Below are positions 12,693 through 27,534 of a DNA stretch of 64,000 nt, piece after piece. Where the stretch lies: positions 23,808,001 through 23,872,000 of the forward strand of contig OX597827.1 in NCBI GenBank assembly GCA_951406725.2, in the 5' to 3' direction. Each line of letters starts with the position of its first letter. The first letter of the stretch is position 1. The translations under genes and the position numbers were made by a program. A model generated the notes under the pieces. It had not been told where the DNA came from. It did no database searches and saw nothing but the letters and a program-made list of their open reading frames with translations. The DNA comes from Octopus vulgaris (Eukaryota).

Positions 12693-15600
12693 GATGGCCA
12701 TGAGTCGCTTTAGCCATTTCTAATAATGAAGAAGAAATGGGTAAAGTGACTTATGGCCACACCCCCCACCCCCGTGTGTAAATAGTTAAAGAAGCATGTT
12801 GTTGAAGTTGGTGAAGTAATGGATTTCAGGTTGATTATGTTTTCCTGTTCAGATTTGTGACAGATGTTTAGATGTGTTCAAGTGGCGGGGGGGGGGGTTA
12901 GAGGCAGGAATTAACTTCCACATACCACTGACCAAATAACTGAAGGGAAAATAGCTAGCAGCAGGTCTTGAAATAATCAGGCTTGACACATTCCTGGAGA
13001 CATTCAACAGACACTACCACCACCACCCCACAATCGCCACCACCACCACCACCACTACCACCACTCCCACATCTAATGATTATCTGTGATCTTCTCCATA
13101 ATTTCTGTTAGGATATGTCTCTTTGTAGTTGTCTAACAAACACTGATTTACTCTGACCCACCTGTCCTCCCACCCCCCTCCACCACACATTTCTCATATG
13201 TTGCTTCTTGTTTGTCTAACTTCACCACCTCTCCTGACTCTTATCTCTTTTACCTGTACCACACACACACACACCTTTCCTCCTCACCTTCATTCTCAGT
13301 GCTCTACTCTACCACTGCTCCCATTGTAACGTCCCCCCCCCCCCACGCACACACACACATACACAGTGTCTGTCCCCTTTTCTTCATAGACTCCCAGTTG
13401 TGTTTGGATCATTCACTGCTGTCTGTCAACAGTGACTTGACATCTCCCAGGGTTTCTGATTGGCAGCTAAACTCTGAGAAACAGCATTCCTCTGCTTCCT
13501 GCCACAAACACTGTCACCTATACCCCCCCCCCCCGGCCACCCACCCCCCCACACACTCTATGGCCTATACCATCTCTACCACACTGTCACCTAGATCCCC
13601 CCCCGACCACCACCCCACTCACACGTACTAGTCTGTCACCTGTATCATCACTATTAGACTGTTACCGGACAGAAGCACAAGTGATATATTGTACAACAAA
13701 GCTGTTTTCCTAAGGGATTCTATTTGACTGATCGGACCCCAGTATATTACTAGTATTTAACCAACCCTGCAACTTGTTAACCTGACAGAAATAGGATTTA
13801 TGTTTCATGGAGACAGGTGAGATTTGAACCCTGTTACCTATAATATTAAACTATATTATCATTCAGCATTTATTCTAGTTCCCACTCTGTGCTCCACACA
13901 CACACACACACACACACATCACGCCACACTCCTTACATACAGTAACCATGAGGAGCCTGTATGTGGTCTGTCAACCTGCTAAAACCTGCAGTCAAACTCC
14001 CTTCAAATCAAACTCCATCATCCTAAAAATATGACACATTAGGTAATGTGGTGCCAGACTCCCTGTACAAAGACAAAAACAGATGGAGTGGTCGTGGATA
14101 GAGTGCCTAGAGCTAAACAACATAAACAAGTATCACTACTTATATACATATACTTATATATATACACACACACACATACATACACACATATGTGTGTGTA
14201 TGTGTTTGAAAGCATATGGGCTAGTGGTTATGGTGTTGGGCTCACGATTGCAATGTCTTGGGTTCATTTCCTAAACCAGGTAGTTTGTTATGCCCTTAAG
14301 CAAGGTGCATCATTTAATGCTGCTCCTATCTACCCAACTGAAAATCGGTACTACCCTAGTGCTGGTGCAGCCATTACTCCCTCCAGCTAATCACATATTT
14401 GATGTTCCAGTGGACCAAGGGTACCTGTGTCTGTTCATGGCTACAAAACCACCCAGGAACAATTAGTGAAGGTCTGTCACAAGCCTCCAGGTCATTCATA
14501 TTCCCTTATGCAAGTCATGATTGTTTTTCTTCTTTTTGCTTACTCACACACGTGCTAGTAGGGTGCCAAGAGCACCATTCGAGCGTGATTGTTACCAACG
14601 TCACCTTACTGGCACCTGTGCTGGTGGCATGTGTAAAAAGATTCGAGCGAGGTCGTTGCCAGTACTGCCTGACTGGCCCCCATGCCACTGGCATGTAAAA
14701 AGCACCCACTACACTCTCGGAGTGGTTGGTGTTAGGAAGGGCATAAAAAAACTTTTAAAAGTTTTTTTTTTTTTAATTATTAAAATATGGACAGTGTGAA
14801 TTTGTGGCTTAAATTTCAGCAATAAACCATTAAATGTGTTTATGGGGAGAAAGATATTGAAAAGTATCAGACTGACAAGCAAATGAGGGAAGTAGGATAT
14901 GGTCATGAGGTGTGCTAAAAATACCAGCTAAATAGCCCTTAAATCACACAATTTTTTTTTTTTGCTTACTCGTATGAATTTCCATGTTTGGAATACTGAT
15001 TCACAAAAAATTTCTGAAAATTCCAAAGAATAAAAGTTATTAGAGGTTATATATCATGCTTAAAGCAGAATGGTTCTTGATTTTTTTATGGGTGTATATT
15101 GTACATGCACACACCCCATATTTTACTCAGTAAATCTAATTTTGAAATATACCCGTTTCAAATTTTTAGCACAAGCCCAGCAATTTAAGGGGAGGTGAAA
15201 ATCAATTACATTGACCCCAGTACACAACTGGTATTTATTTTATTGGCCCTGAAAAGATGAAAGGTAAAGCCAACTTTGATGGAATTTGAACCCAGAATAC
15301 AAAGATGGATGAAATGCTGCCATGCATTTTGGCCAGCATGCTAATAATTCTGCCAGCTTAATTTCAAAATTTAATATAAACATAAGATAGATTGTAACCA
15401 CCTGTTTGTTTCTCATCTTCCTTTTATTTTCCTGCCATTAATCTTTCTATATCACTATTTTGACTCTTCTCGCATCTTAATACTGCATCCTATGTAAGAC
15501 TGCATGAAATGATAATAATAACAATCATTATTATTATTATTATTATTAAAGGCAGTGAGCTGGCAGAATCGTTAGCATGCCAGGCAAGATTCTTAGCGGC

Positions 15601-15995
15601 ATTCTGCCGCTACTTTCTGAGTTCAAATACCACGGAGATTGACTTTGCCTTCCATCCTTTCGGGGCTGATAAAATAAGTACCTGTTGTACACTGGGGTCG
15701 ATGTAATCAACTTAACCCCTTTCTCAAAATTGCTGGCTTTGTGGCAAAATTTGAAACCATTATTATTATTATTATTATTGAAGGTGGCAAGCTGGTAGAG
15801 CTATTAGCACGCTGGACGAAATGCTTAGCAGTATTTTTCCCATCGCTATGTTCTGAGTTCAAATTCTGCCGAGGTCAACTTTGCCTTTCATCCTTTCAGA
15901 GTCAATAAATTAAGTACCAGTGAAACATTGGGGTCGATGTAATCAATTAGTCTCCTCCCCACAAATTTGAAGCTGTGTGCCTCCAGCAGAAAGGA

Positions 15996-16032
<37 letters not shown>

Positions 16033-16466
16033 GGTGGCAAGCTGGCAGAATCGTTAGCATACCAGGCAAAATGCTTTGTGATATTTCCTCCATCTTTATG
16101 TTCTGAGATCAAATTCCACTGAGGTCGACTTCGCCTTTCATCCTCTTGGGTTCGATAAAATAAGTTGATGTAATCAATTTACTCCCTCTCCAAAGATTAG
16201 TAGCCTTGTGCTAAAATTTGAAACCATCATTATTGTTATTATTATTATTATTATTATCGATAGAATAGCAGAATCGGTAGAGCACAACACAAAATGCCTT
16301 ACAGCACCTAGTTATGTCCCTTTACATTCTGAGTTCACATCCCACTGAGGTCGACTTTGCCTTTTATTCTTCAGGGTTTCATAGTCAAATATTAGAGTCA
16401 ATGTAATCAACTAACCTCTTCTCACCCTACCACCCACAAATTTCAGGCTTTGTACCTATGTTGGAA

Positions 16467-16498
<32 letters not shown>

Positions 16499-16639
16499 GG
16501 CGGTGAGCTGTTAGAATTGTTAGAACGCTGGATGAAATGCTTAGCAGTATTTCGCCCAATGTTACGTTCTGAGTTCAAATTCTTTACCTTTCATCCTTTT
16601 GGGATCAATAAATAGCCTTGTGCCTATAAAAGAAAGGAC

Positions 16640-16687
<48 letters not shown>

Positions 16688-19600
16688 CAAGGCTGTGAGC
16701 TGGCAGAATCATTAGTATGCTGGGCAAAATGCTTGCTATGTTCTGAGTTCAAATTCCACTGAAGTCAACTTCGCCTTTCATCCTTTCGGGATTGATAAAT
16801 TAAGCACCAGTCAAGTACTGGGGTCGATGTGATCAATTGTTCCCCTCCCTACAATAATCCAGGCCTTGTGCCTATTATAGAAAGGATCGTTATTATTATT
16901 ATCGTTATTATATTGTAAGGCAGTGAGCTGACAGAATCTTACCACACTGAACAAAATACTTTACAGCATTTTATCCGTCCTTATGTTCTAAGGTCAACTT
17001 TGCCCGTCACCCTTTCAGGGTCAATAAAATATGTACAAGGTGACATAATCAATTTACTCCCTCCCCCAAAGTTGCTGGCCTTGTACCAAAATTTGAAACC
17101 ATTGTTGTTGTGATCGTTCTTCTTTCGTTAGTGGAATTTTCTTTTATCTTTCTTCTCTTACAAACATCTGTCTGTTTGTCTTGTTTGTCATATCATGCCA
17201 TTTGTTTAAATACACCTTTCACAACAGGATACTTGTTTAGCCCACTGCCACCAGCACCACCACCACCACCACCACTTCCCTCCACTGACAGAAAACAATG
17301 AAGTTTATTTAAGTTAAACTTAATCAATTTTAAATGAGGTCTCTGGGTTTAGTATGGAACATGGAACACAATCAAGTAGCCAACCCCACCACCCTTCCTC
17401 ATACAGCATGTGTTTTATTTAACTCCTCAAATCCCTTAGCCTGGTGCAGCCTCTGGCTCACCAGTCCTCAGTCAAACCGTCCAACCCATGCCAGCAAGGA
17501 AAGTGGACGTTAAACGATGATGATGATGATGATGATGATGATGGTTTCATCTTATTTACTTTGATGGAAAGTTAAAATGAGAATTGTTGTGTTCTCAAGA
17601 ACATTAGTGAGGTGTCTGAAATGAAATAAGCTCAACCAAGAGACGACAGTGAGGCCAGGCTGAGCTCACTGCTAGTTAACCTTACTGCCCTCTCTGTTAT
17701 ATGCCTATAGGAGAACCTCTGCAGGGTTAATATCTATAGGCAGTCAAATCACCCTCATATCACATCCTACTGTCTTAAAACTGGATGGACACACATTGTC
17801 TTAGATATCATGTGATTGACTAGACTATTAGATGTTGTTATACATCGCTTGTCACAATGTGCTTTCCATTGTTTTAGCTTATGAATGATGCCACGATGGC
17901 TAGGTAGGCAGGCCAACATTTGCTCTGGTCAGAAAACTATTCCGTCACAGGGTGATCCATTTACAGCTGAGTGGACTGGGGCAACATGAAATGAAGTGTT
18001 TTGTTCAAGAACACAATGCACCACCTAGTCTGGAAATCGAACCCATGATCTCATGATCGTGGGTGCAGCCTACCTAACCACTTGGTCATGCGCTTTCATT
18101 AATGTCTTAGATATAAAAAAAGATAAATTGATCATGGCTAGAATGCCTTTGATCATACATGATGTACTCAATCAGAGTTGACCTAGGGCTAAAGAACAAC
18201 CACCTCCCCTGTTGCATTACTGTTGGCTTCATTTAAGGATTCCAGTTAAATTTGAAATCAGAACCACAGAGAAACTGGTATCACAGAGAACCATCTTTGC
18301 CACTCTTGTTTATCAATACTGCCTAACCTCACGCACGCACGCGCACACACACACACACACACAAAAGAATGTAGGATAGATCAACGATTCCAAAAGCTGT
18401 GTGTTTATATAATAGAAATGTCAAACTTAGACATAAGGTCACATATTTCTACATGAAAGGAGAGAAGGATGGCTACATTAGATCAATACACCACCCTGTC
18501 CTTTGCCTGGGTATATGATTGACCCTCAGAAAGGTGACATTGTTGACAGCAGCAGAAATAATTGAATTCAGCTCATAAACCATGCAAGACATTTCCATAA
18601 TAATGTCTGTGTGTGTGTGTGTGTGTGTTTTATAGGCACAGCATGACCGAATGGTTAAGAAGTCCTATTCACAACCATGATGTCCTGGGTTCAGTCCCAC
18701 TGCATGACATCTTGAACAAATGATATTTTCTATGATTTTGGACTGACTCATGTCCACTAAGTGATACTCGATAGACAGAAACTGTACTGAAGCCTGCCAT
18801 GTAGACTGTACCTGTAATTCAAATGTTCAGCTTTATCACACATTGTATTACACTGATTTTGTCTGAGAATTACCTGAGGGGTAACACTTGTGTCTGTGGT
18901 ATACCCAGCCACTTGCATGTTAATTCAATGAGTAAGTAGTCCAGCTTTAGGGAAGTAGTGCCCCCTAGTAATTTTGTTGAAAGGTGGGTGAGTCATGAAA
19001 ATGTCTCATGTGAATGGGACTACACTGAATATTCATCTGTAAGCCAGAAAGTTGAGGGGAAGAGGGGTACCTACCTGGAGTACCCTTGGCAGTCAGGGTG
19101 ACCAGGATATGTGGGGTGCTTTGGTTGTCCCTGGGTGGAACTACTCCCTTTGGGGAATGTTGTTATTTAATTTTTTTAACTGTTTTTGTTTGTTGTTTTC
19201 TGTTTTGAACCCTTCTTGTCTCTTGTTTTGTATTGTCCCTAATTGTCTTTGTTTTCGACCCTTGTGGCCAATTAAGGAACTATTATTACTGAGTGAGAGA
19301 GCAATGCATGCCATCAAAGTGACACTGGGGTAAAATATACAAAGCCCAGTTTACCCATCATTACTGCCCATCTGGTAAGGGTACACAAGGCACATGCATC
19401 ACAACCATATGTGCACAACATGGTGATCTTATATCAAGATAAACAGCACATGACATTATTATTATCATCATTCCTCCATTGTCAACTTTACCTTTCACCC
19501 CTCCAGGGGTTGATAAATTAAGGACCTGTTAAGTCTGGAATCATTGCAATCAACTAGCCCCTCTCCCTCCAAATTTCAGGCTTGTGTCTACAGTAGAGAG

Positions 19601-20400
19601 AATTGTTGTTGTTATTGTTGTTGTGAAGGCAGTGGGCTGATAGAATTGTTAGCATGCCAGACAAAAGGCTTAGTAGCATTTTGGCATTTTGTCTGCCTTT
19701 ACATTCTGAGTTCAAATCCTGCCATGGTCGACTTTGCCTTTCAGGGTCAATAAATTTATTACCAGTGAAACACTGGGGTCGATGTAATCAACCCGTCTCC
19801 TCCCCAAAAATTTCAGGCCTTGTGTTTTTAGTAGAAAGGATCATTATTATTATTATTATTGTTGTTGTTGTTGTTGTTGTTGTTATTATTATCGTTCTTG
19901 CTTTCTCCACAGGGTGTAGAAGATTGTAATGATGCTCTTGAAGATTTCCTCGAATTTGGCAAAACTGTAAGTCTGAGTCTCTTTAAAATTCTCATGTTTT
20001 CTTCTTCCTGTGTTTGGCCTTCCTCACCAATAAACTTCTATGGAGGTTTCTGTTCTCCAAACTTGCCAAAGAGATGGGTGTCTTTTTGTTTTTTTGTTTG
20101 TTTTTTTTTGTGTATCCTTTTTACCCCCATTGACCAAAGCATACCAGCCATGACCATCACTTCTGATTTCAGCACATAATGCATCAAGGACCACATTATC
20201 TAATATGTCCATCATTTATAAAGGACAGTAGAATATAATTTGAGGAAGATTCAGCTGCTCTTTCTGATTTCTGGCATAATGAACACAAAGAAGCGTGTGT
20301 GTGTGTGTATGTGTGTGTATCTATAATGACTACTGGAAACAGCTGTGAACCAAATTTGCTCCAATAAAGGAAAAATATGTAATGACCATTATTTTAAACT

Positions 20401-20453
<53 letters not shown>

Positions 20454-22333
20454 TGCAGGAGTGGCTGTGTGGTAAGTAACTTGCTTACCAACCACATGGT
20501 TCCAGGTCGGTCCTACTGTGTGGCATATTGGGGAAGTGTCTTCTACTATAGCATTGGGCCAACCAAAGCCTTGTGAGTGAATTTGGTAGAAGGAAACTGA
20601 AAGATGCCCATCATATTTATATATTTGTGTGTCTGTGTTTGTCCCACCACCATCGCTTGACAACCGATTCTGGTGTGTTTATGTCACCATAACTTAGTGG
20701 TTCGGCAAAAGAGACTGATAGAATAAGTACTAGGCTGGCAAAAAATAAGTCTTGGCATTGATTTGTTCAACTAAAGGCAGTGCTCCAGCATGGCCACAGT
20801 CTAAATGACTGAAACAAATGAAAGAAATTGGAGTTTTCTCTTTTAAACATAGGCGGTTGACTTTTTACAGGTGCCACGTAAAAAGCACTGATGGTGGTTC
20901 CATGTAAAAAGCACCCAGTACACTTTGTAAAGTGGTGGGTGTTAGGAAGGGTACCCAGCCATAGAAACCATACCAAAACAGACAATTGGAGTCTGGTGCA
21001 GCTACCGGCCTTGCCAGCTCCTGTGAAACTGTCCATCCCATGCCAACATGAAAAACTGACATTAAATGGTGATCATGGGTATAGATAGATAGATAGATAG
21101 ATAGATGTGGAGGTACAATGGCTCAGTGGTTATGGCAGCAGAATAACCCATTCTCTCCTGAAAGGGATCCTTATGTATAGCCAAGAGAAATAACCCATTC
21201 ATGTTTGTAAATTATTTCATATAAATCAAATTGAGTATGCTTACTTCTTAGTATTTGAACTATTTGAGTTATTTTCTCAATTTATCCAATACAACGCTTA
21301 AACAAGTAAATAGTATTCTCCTAAACAATAGATCCACTTATTTCAGATAGTGTCTTATTCACGAATATACCAACACTAGCGCCGCTGAGGGTAATATTCT
21401 TTGGGAATGCACAAAAGCTTTTTTCAGAGTTATTTACTTTGAATTGTTATTATCTCATATCTAATTAGCCTGTTATTACGTAACATGTTTCATGATTTTA
21501 GTATACATACCTTATTAGTATTTCCTCCTATGTTCTTTATACTCTGGGAACGCATTAAAGCCCTTTTCAGGGCTACTTTATTTGAATTCTTACTATAGGG
21601 TAATTAATTTCATGTTATTACATAACTGACTTCACAATTTGGGGTATTCATAACTTATTGGGAATTCCTAAGAAAAGCACCAACCGATCGTGGCCGTTTG
21701 CCGGCCTCCTCTGGCTCCTGTGCCAGTGGCACGTAAAAAGCACCAACCGATTGTGACCGTTGCCAGCCTCCCTTGGCCCCTGTGCCAGTGGCATGTAAAA
21801 AGCACCCACTACACTCATGGAGTGGTTGGCATTAGGAAGGGCATCCAGCTGTAGAAACACTGCCAGATCAGATTAGAGCCTGGCACAGCCTCCTGGCTTC
21901 CCAGACCCCGGTCGAACTGTCCAACCCATGCTAGCATGGAAAACAGACATTAAACGATGATGATGATGATGATCCTGTGTAAGACAGTTCAGTATTCTTA
22001 ATAAATGCACAAAAACCGTTTTAAGGGCTACATACTTTGTATTGTTGTTACTGGATTAGTGAAACAATTACAAGAACGGAACCAAGGGATAAGCCCCACT
22101 TTCCCGGGAATTACCGGATACGTCAGGTAGTATACATATATATACATTTGTATATAATATGTCAGTTGCTTCATGTGTTTTCATGAAGGTCCATTCTCAA
22201 AGAAACCGTGTGTGTGTATCTATGAGTTTATGTGTTTGTTTATTTAATGACAAATAGGTATGTGTAAACAGTATACTAATATAATAGTGCTGTGTGTGTG
22301 TGTGTGTGTGTTGTTTCTTAAGTGTTCACATTC

Positions 22334-22371
<38 letters not shown>

Positions 22372-24845
22372 CCCTCTCCAACAACCGGATATGATGCCCT
22401 TTTTTTGATTCGGTAATTACTTCCTGTTTCAATGACCAACGGAAATCTCTTGAAATCTTCACTTTACTTCATCATCCATCATCATCATCACTACCACAGC
22501 TGCCTTCATCCTTATCTCCATCTGTGTGGCAGTTGTAATGGCAGTGGTGGTTGTGCAATGCAGTGATGTAACCCTCCATAAGGTGGGTGTGTATGTACCA
22601 GTAATATGGTATTTATATGTAGGAGTTTAGGTGTGGTTGGGAGTAAAGTGATATTAATATCAGCAGGAATGGTGGTGGTAGTGGGGAGGTATGGTGCCAG
22701 ACATCGCTAGGTGGGGTGGAGGTGGAGAGACAGTGTATGATGATGTGGTTCAAGGTGGGGGAACTGCGTCAAGATGTTGATGTAAGCAGCTTTACATAAT
22801 GTATTTGTTGTTGCTGTACCATTGCTTGCCGTTGCATCTCTTCACAAATCCACCCTTATCTCATCCTGGGTACATAACATCGTAAATGTTTCTAAGTCAC
22901 TCTGTTAATTTGGAATATTTTTCGTTTCTCTCTAAATTGCTTGTTTGCTTTTTTTCCTGTTTTTTTTTTTTTGTGGTGGGGGAGTTATTATGAAGACTGT
23001 TTGAGGAAGAGAAAGTGTCTACTCACACACACACACATAATACTCTCATTTAAACACTTACAGATACACACACAGGCGCAGTCACTTAATACATACACAG
23101 CCACTTAAATACACTCAGATGTGCACACACACAGCTATTTAAATACTCAGATACAAACACAGTCACTTTAATACATATATATATATAAATGTTATTACTG
23201 TTCACATATAATTTTATCTGCCCACATCCTTAAGTAGCTGACTATTAAAACTCACATGGCATATGATTACACATAGTAACATCCCACACATATAACAACA
23301 CTGTGTCTGTATGAATGTGTGGGTGTATATACATACACTCACATGCATGCACACATCCTTCAATTGCCCTCCATATAAATTGAATAACATTAAAGGCTCT
23401 ACACTAAATGGTGAAATGGACATCTAGAGTAACTTCTGCGGTCTTAATTGACCGATAAATCACTTCACTGGAAGACATATTCTAATTGTCACTAATGGCT
23501 AAACAGACCACTACCTCATCATGACCCTGGGATACATACTAGAATGACCACGATGGTCTTTATTGACCAATATATTATTACGCTTGGCTACACTACAGTA
23601 ATCCTACTGTTTTAAATGACCACTGTCATGTTATGACCCTGGGTTACCTCTATGGTCTTAACTAACCTGGAATACATACAGGAGTGACCAGTGCTGTCTT
23701 AATTGACCATCAACTGATAATTGCCCTGGAACATATTCTGGAATGGCCACTATGGTCTTAAATGACCACCAACATCTCTGTCCCCTTGTACAATCAATTC
23801 ATAACTATCATCATCATCATTACCATCATCTGTCCAAAATGGATGTGGAGTGTTACCGTTGGAAACTACGGCGATGGAGTCATCATCATACAGGTTGTCG
23901 TTGGCAACGTACAATCGAAACGGTGAGTAGGTGACTGTTGAAGAATTTGTTGTGTAGCCCCAGGTCAGACTTGATCCAAAACGTTCCAGCCATGACCTTC
24001 CCATCTTTTACTTTAAACAATCTATCTTGGACTACAATATTCAGAGTGCTTTCCATATTTTTTTTAAGATGACATGTGTAATGTGAAGGAGATTTAACTG
24101 TTATTTTTAGCAGATCAGTGACCACGTACAATGTCCACCACATACAATGACCTCTATGTGATCACTTTTGTTGTTCTGATATCTTTTTCCAATTTTGAAC
24201 ATGTTCAGGCCCCATAAGTTGATATCTTTGGCCCCTTATGTTTATCAACTATGATTGAGCAAACCTCAAAAACATTCCATCTGTGACCATCCCCGCTTTA
24301 GGGGTGTGCCTAGAACATTGTTGTCTAAAGCCTCATTTAATGCTACATATTATAGTCAGTTGTGGTGTTTAGCAAAATAGCTGTCCTGTAGCCTTAGTCA
24401 AGTCACACAATACTCCTGGCCCATGGTGTGTAGGTGTTCTTTACAAAATCACCAAACAAGCATTGAATGTTCAATAAAATATCATGACCCCTAAATCCTG
24501 CCTCTAAACTATTGAGTGGTGTGTCTTACTTCAGACCTGTTACTCATCATGTTTTGGTCACACAAAACCTGTATTGTTTCTCATTTCTGTGGGCAGAGAG
24601 ACCATGAGTTCAAACCTTGCATACAGCCTTTGTATTGAGTTTGCATGCAACATTCTAATATATGTGTGTATGTGTGTGTATATATATATATATATTATAC
24701 ATATTTATATGGTTGTTTGTTATGGCTAATCAGAGTGGTCACTCTCAGACCAGCCACAACAAACAACCTTCTAAATATACAGCTGTTCTAATATTTTAGA
24801 GTATGCTTCTTAGTTGAATATATGAACTACTGACTGATGTGTGTG

Positions 24846-24904
<59 letters not shown>

Positions 24905-27490
24905 ATACATGTCACAGGTGTTGTGTTCCAAAACCCACCGCATAGGTGAAAATCCGTGAAATAGAAACAGTACTGTATGTAACTTTTTATTATTTTTATA
25001 ATTTGTATATATTTATTTTATTATAAATGCAAAACAACACCACAGAGGAATTGACGTAAGCTTAAATAATAAACTGTGATAGGTGAAACACAATATGGCG
25101 AGGTGTTACTCTGTGTGTGTGTGTATGTGTGTATATATGTGTGTGTGTATGTGTGTATATGTGTGTGTGTATATATATATATAAATACATACACATTCAT
25201 GTAAATACACACATACAAGCATTTATATACATACATAATTGTAGATGGAAAATATATATAAAGGTTACATCCCAATATTGTTAAATTTTCCATTCTTCCA
25301 TTCTCTGGTGGTAGTCGATCAGGTGCTCATTCTCAGACGTAACTTACCATTCTTTCTATGGGGCTAATGCAGTTTGGCACCTCTCCTTGAAAAATGCATT
25401 TTTTTTTTAAAAACTTTTTCACATTCCTACGTTTTGGGTGTCGGAGATTACGAATATGCCAAAAAAAAAACAAAAAAAAACCATTTTCAAATCCCACCCC
25501 TCCTCAAAAAATGTATTTCTCATGAAAAACTTTTTATGGATTCCCAAGTTTTAGATACTGGAGATTACAAATAAGCAAAAAAAAAAAATCACCCTTATTT
25601 TTTTTTCAAATTTACCCCCACACACACCCCATTTTGCCCCACAGCCAATGCATTAGCCCCTTTCAATTTCATCACACTCTGCCCTTTAAACTCATCTCAT
25701 TTCAAACATTTCGACTGGTAGCAGCATTTACCCCTCTACCATTCAACACACCATTTTTTACAAATTTACCAACCACTGAACAATTAAGTTATTTGTTTAT
25801 GTAATGCTTTGTGGCATTACGTCCATCTTTACATTCTGAATTCAACTTTGCCTTTTATCTTCTCAAGGATGATAAAATCAGCACCAGTTGTGCCCTGGGG
25901 GCGGTCAGTGTAATCAACTAGCCCCTCCCCTAAGCTTATTGGTCTTGTGCCAAATTCTGAAATCATCTTCATCATTATTATTATTATGGAACCTGGTGCA
26001 ATCCTGGCCTTACCAGTTCCTGTCAAGCCATCCAACCCATGCCAGCTTAGAAAATGGACGTTAAGTGATGATGATAATGATGGTGGTTATTGTTATTATT
26101 ATTGCCCTTATTTTTATTATTATCACTATCATTCTTTATTTACTTTTGCTTTTTTTTATTTCTACTTTTACTTTATCATCATCATCATCATCACCATTAT
26201 TATTATTATTATTATTTGCCACCTAAATGTGGCGATCCCATAGGAGTCAATGCTATTGTTGTTCATAGCCCCAGGAAAACATCTCCTCCTACTGGAACAG
26301 TAGCATTGTCCCCTATGGGACCACCACATTTTGGTGGCAAATATACTTCACTGCCTGACTCCAGTGCTGCCTGACTGGCTCCCATGCTGGTGGCACATAA
26401 AAAGCACCATTCAAGCATGGTCAATGCCAGTGCCAGCTGACTGGTCCTGTGCCTGTAGCACATAAAAAGCACTATTCAAGCATGATCAATACCAGTACCA
26501 CCCGACTGGCCTTCCTACTGGTGGCAAGTAAAAAAGTACCCACTACACTCTTGGCATCCAGCTGTAGAAACTTTGCTAAATCAGAGTGGATCCTGGTGCA
26601 GCCTTCTGGCTTGCCAGCCCTTAGTCAAAACATCCAACCCATGCCAGCATGGAAAGCAGACATTAAACGACGATGACGATGATGATTCCATGCTGCTACT
26701 GTTCACTTCTCACTCAGAGATTTGATATTACTTGTTTCTCCATTATTGTTATTATTAAGTGAGAGAGTAGTGCATGCCATCAAAGTGACACTGGGGTAAA
26801 ATATACGAAGCCCAGTATACCCATCATGACTACCCATCTGACAAGGGTACACCAGGCACATGCATCACAACCATATATGCATGACATGGTGATCTCATAT
26901 CAAGATAAACAGCACATGACCTTGCAGGTGGGGCCCAGTTAGAAGTTTCTTCAGGTCAAGTTGCCCATCCCGCTCAAAAGGTCCATGAATAAGGATTGTT
27001 TAAGGATGTTGAAGGAACCACCCTTGTTTCCGAAGGTGAATTATCCAAACCTCTAAGAATTCCTTTCAACACACAGCTATGATGCTCCCCCACTACTTCT
27101 GCTCATGATTGGAGATGCACATATCGTCAGCCACTAAGGGACATGGTCAACTGGTTATGGTCAAACAAGTGACAAGCAAATCTGTGGTATTGAGCAAAAT
27201 ATTTGCTGTAGCCCATCTTTTATACCAAGACAAAACAATGTATTATTATTATCATCATCATTAGTATTATTGTTAATATTGTTGTTGTTGCTGTTATTGT
27301 GTTATCATGATACTTCCCCCACCACCACCACCATTTACGTTTCTGATTTACTACTGACCAGTCTATTATCAATATTTTATCTATACAATTTCCACTTCTA
27401 AGATTACTTGGGCTTTTTAATTAATGGTATTATTATTAAAAATCATATTGTTCTTATCTTTATTAATATTTTGTTTTTGTATGTTTTCTC

Positions 27491-27534
<44 letters not shown>

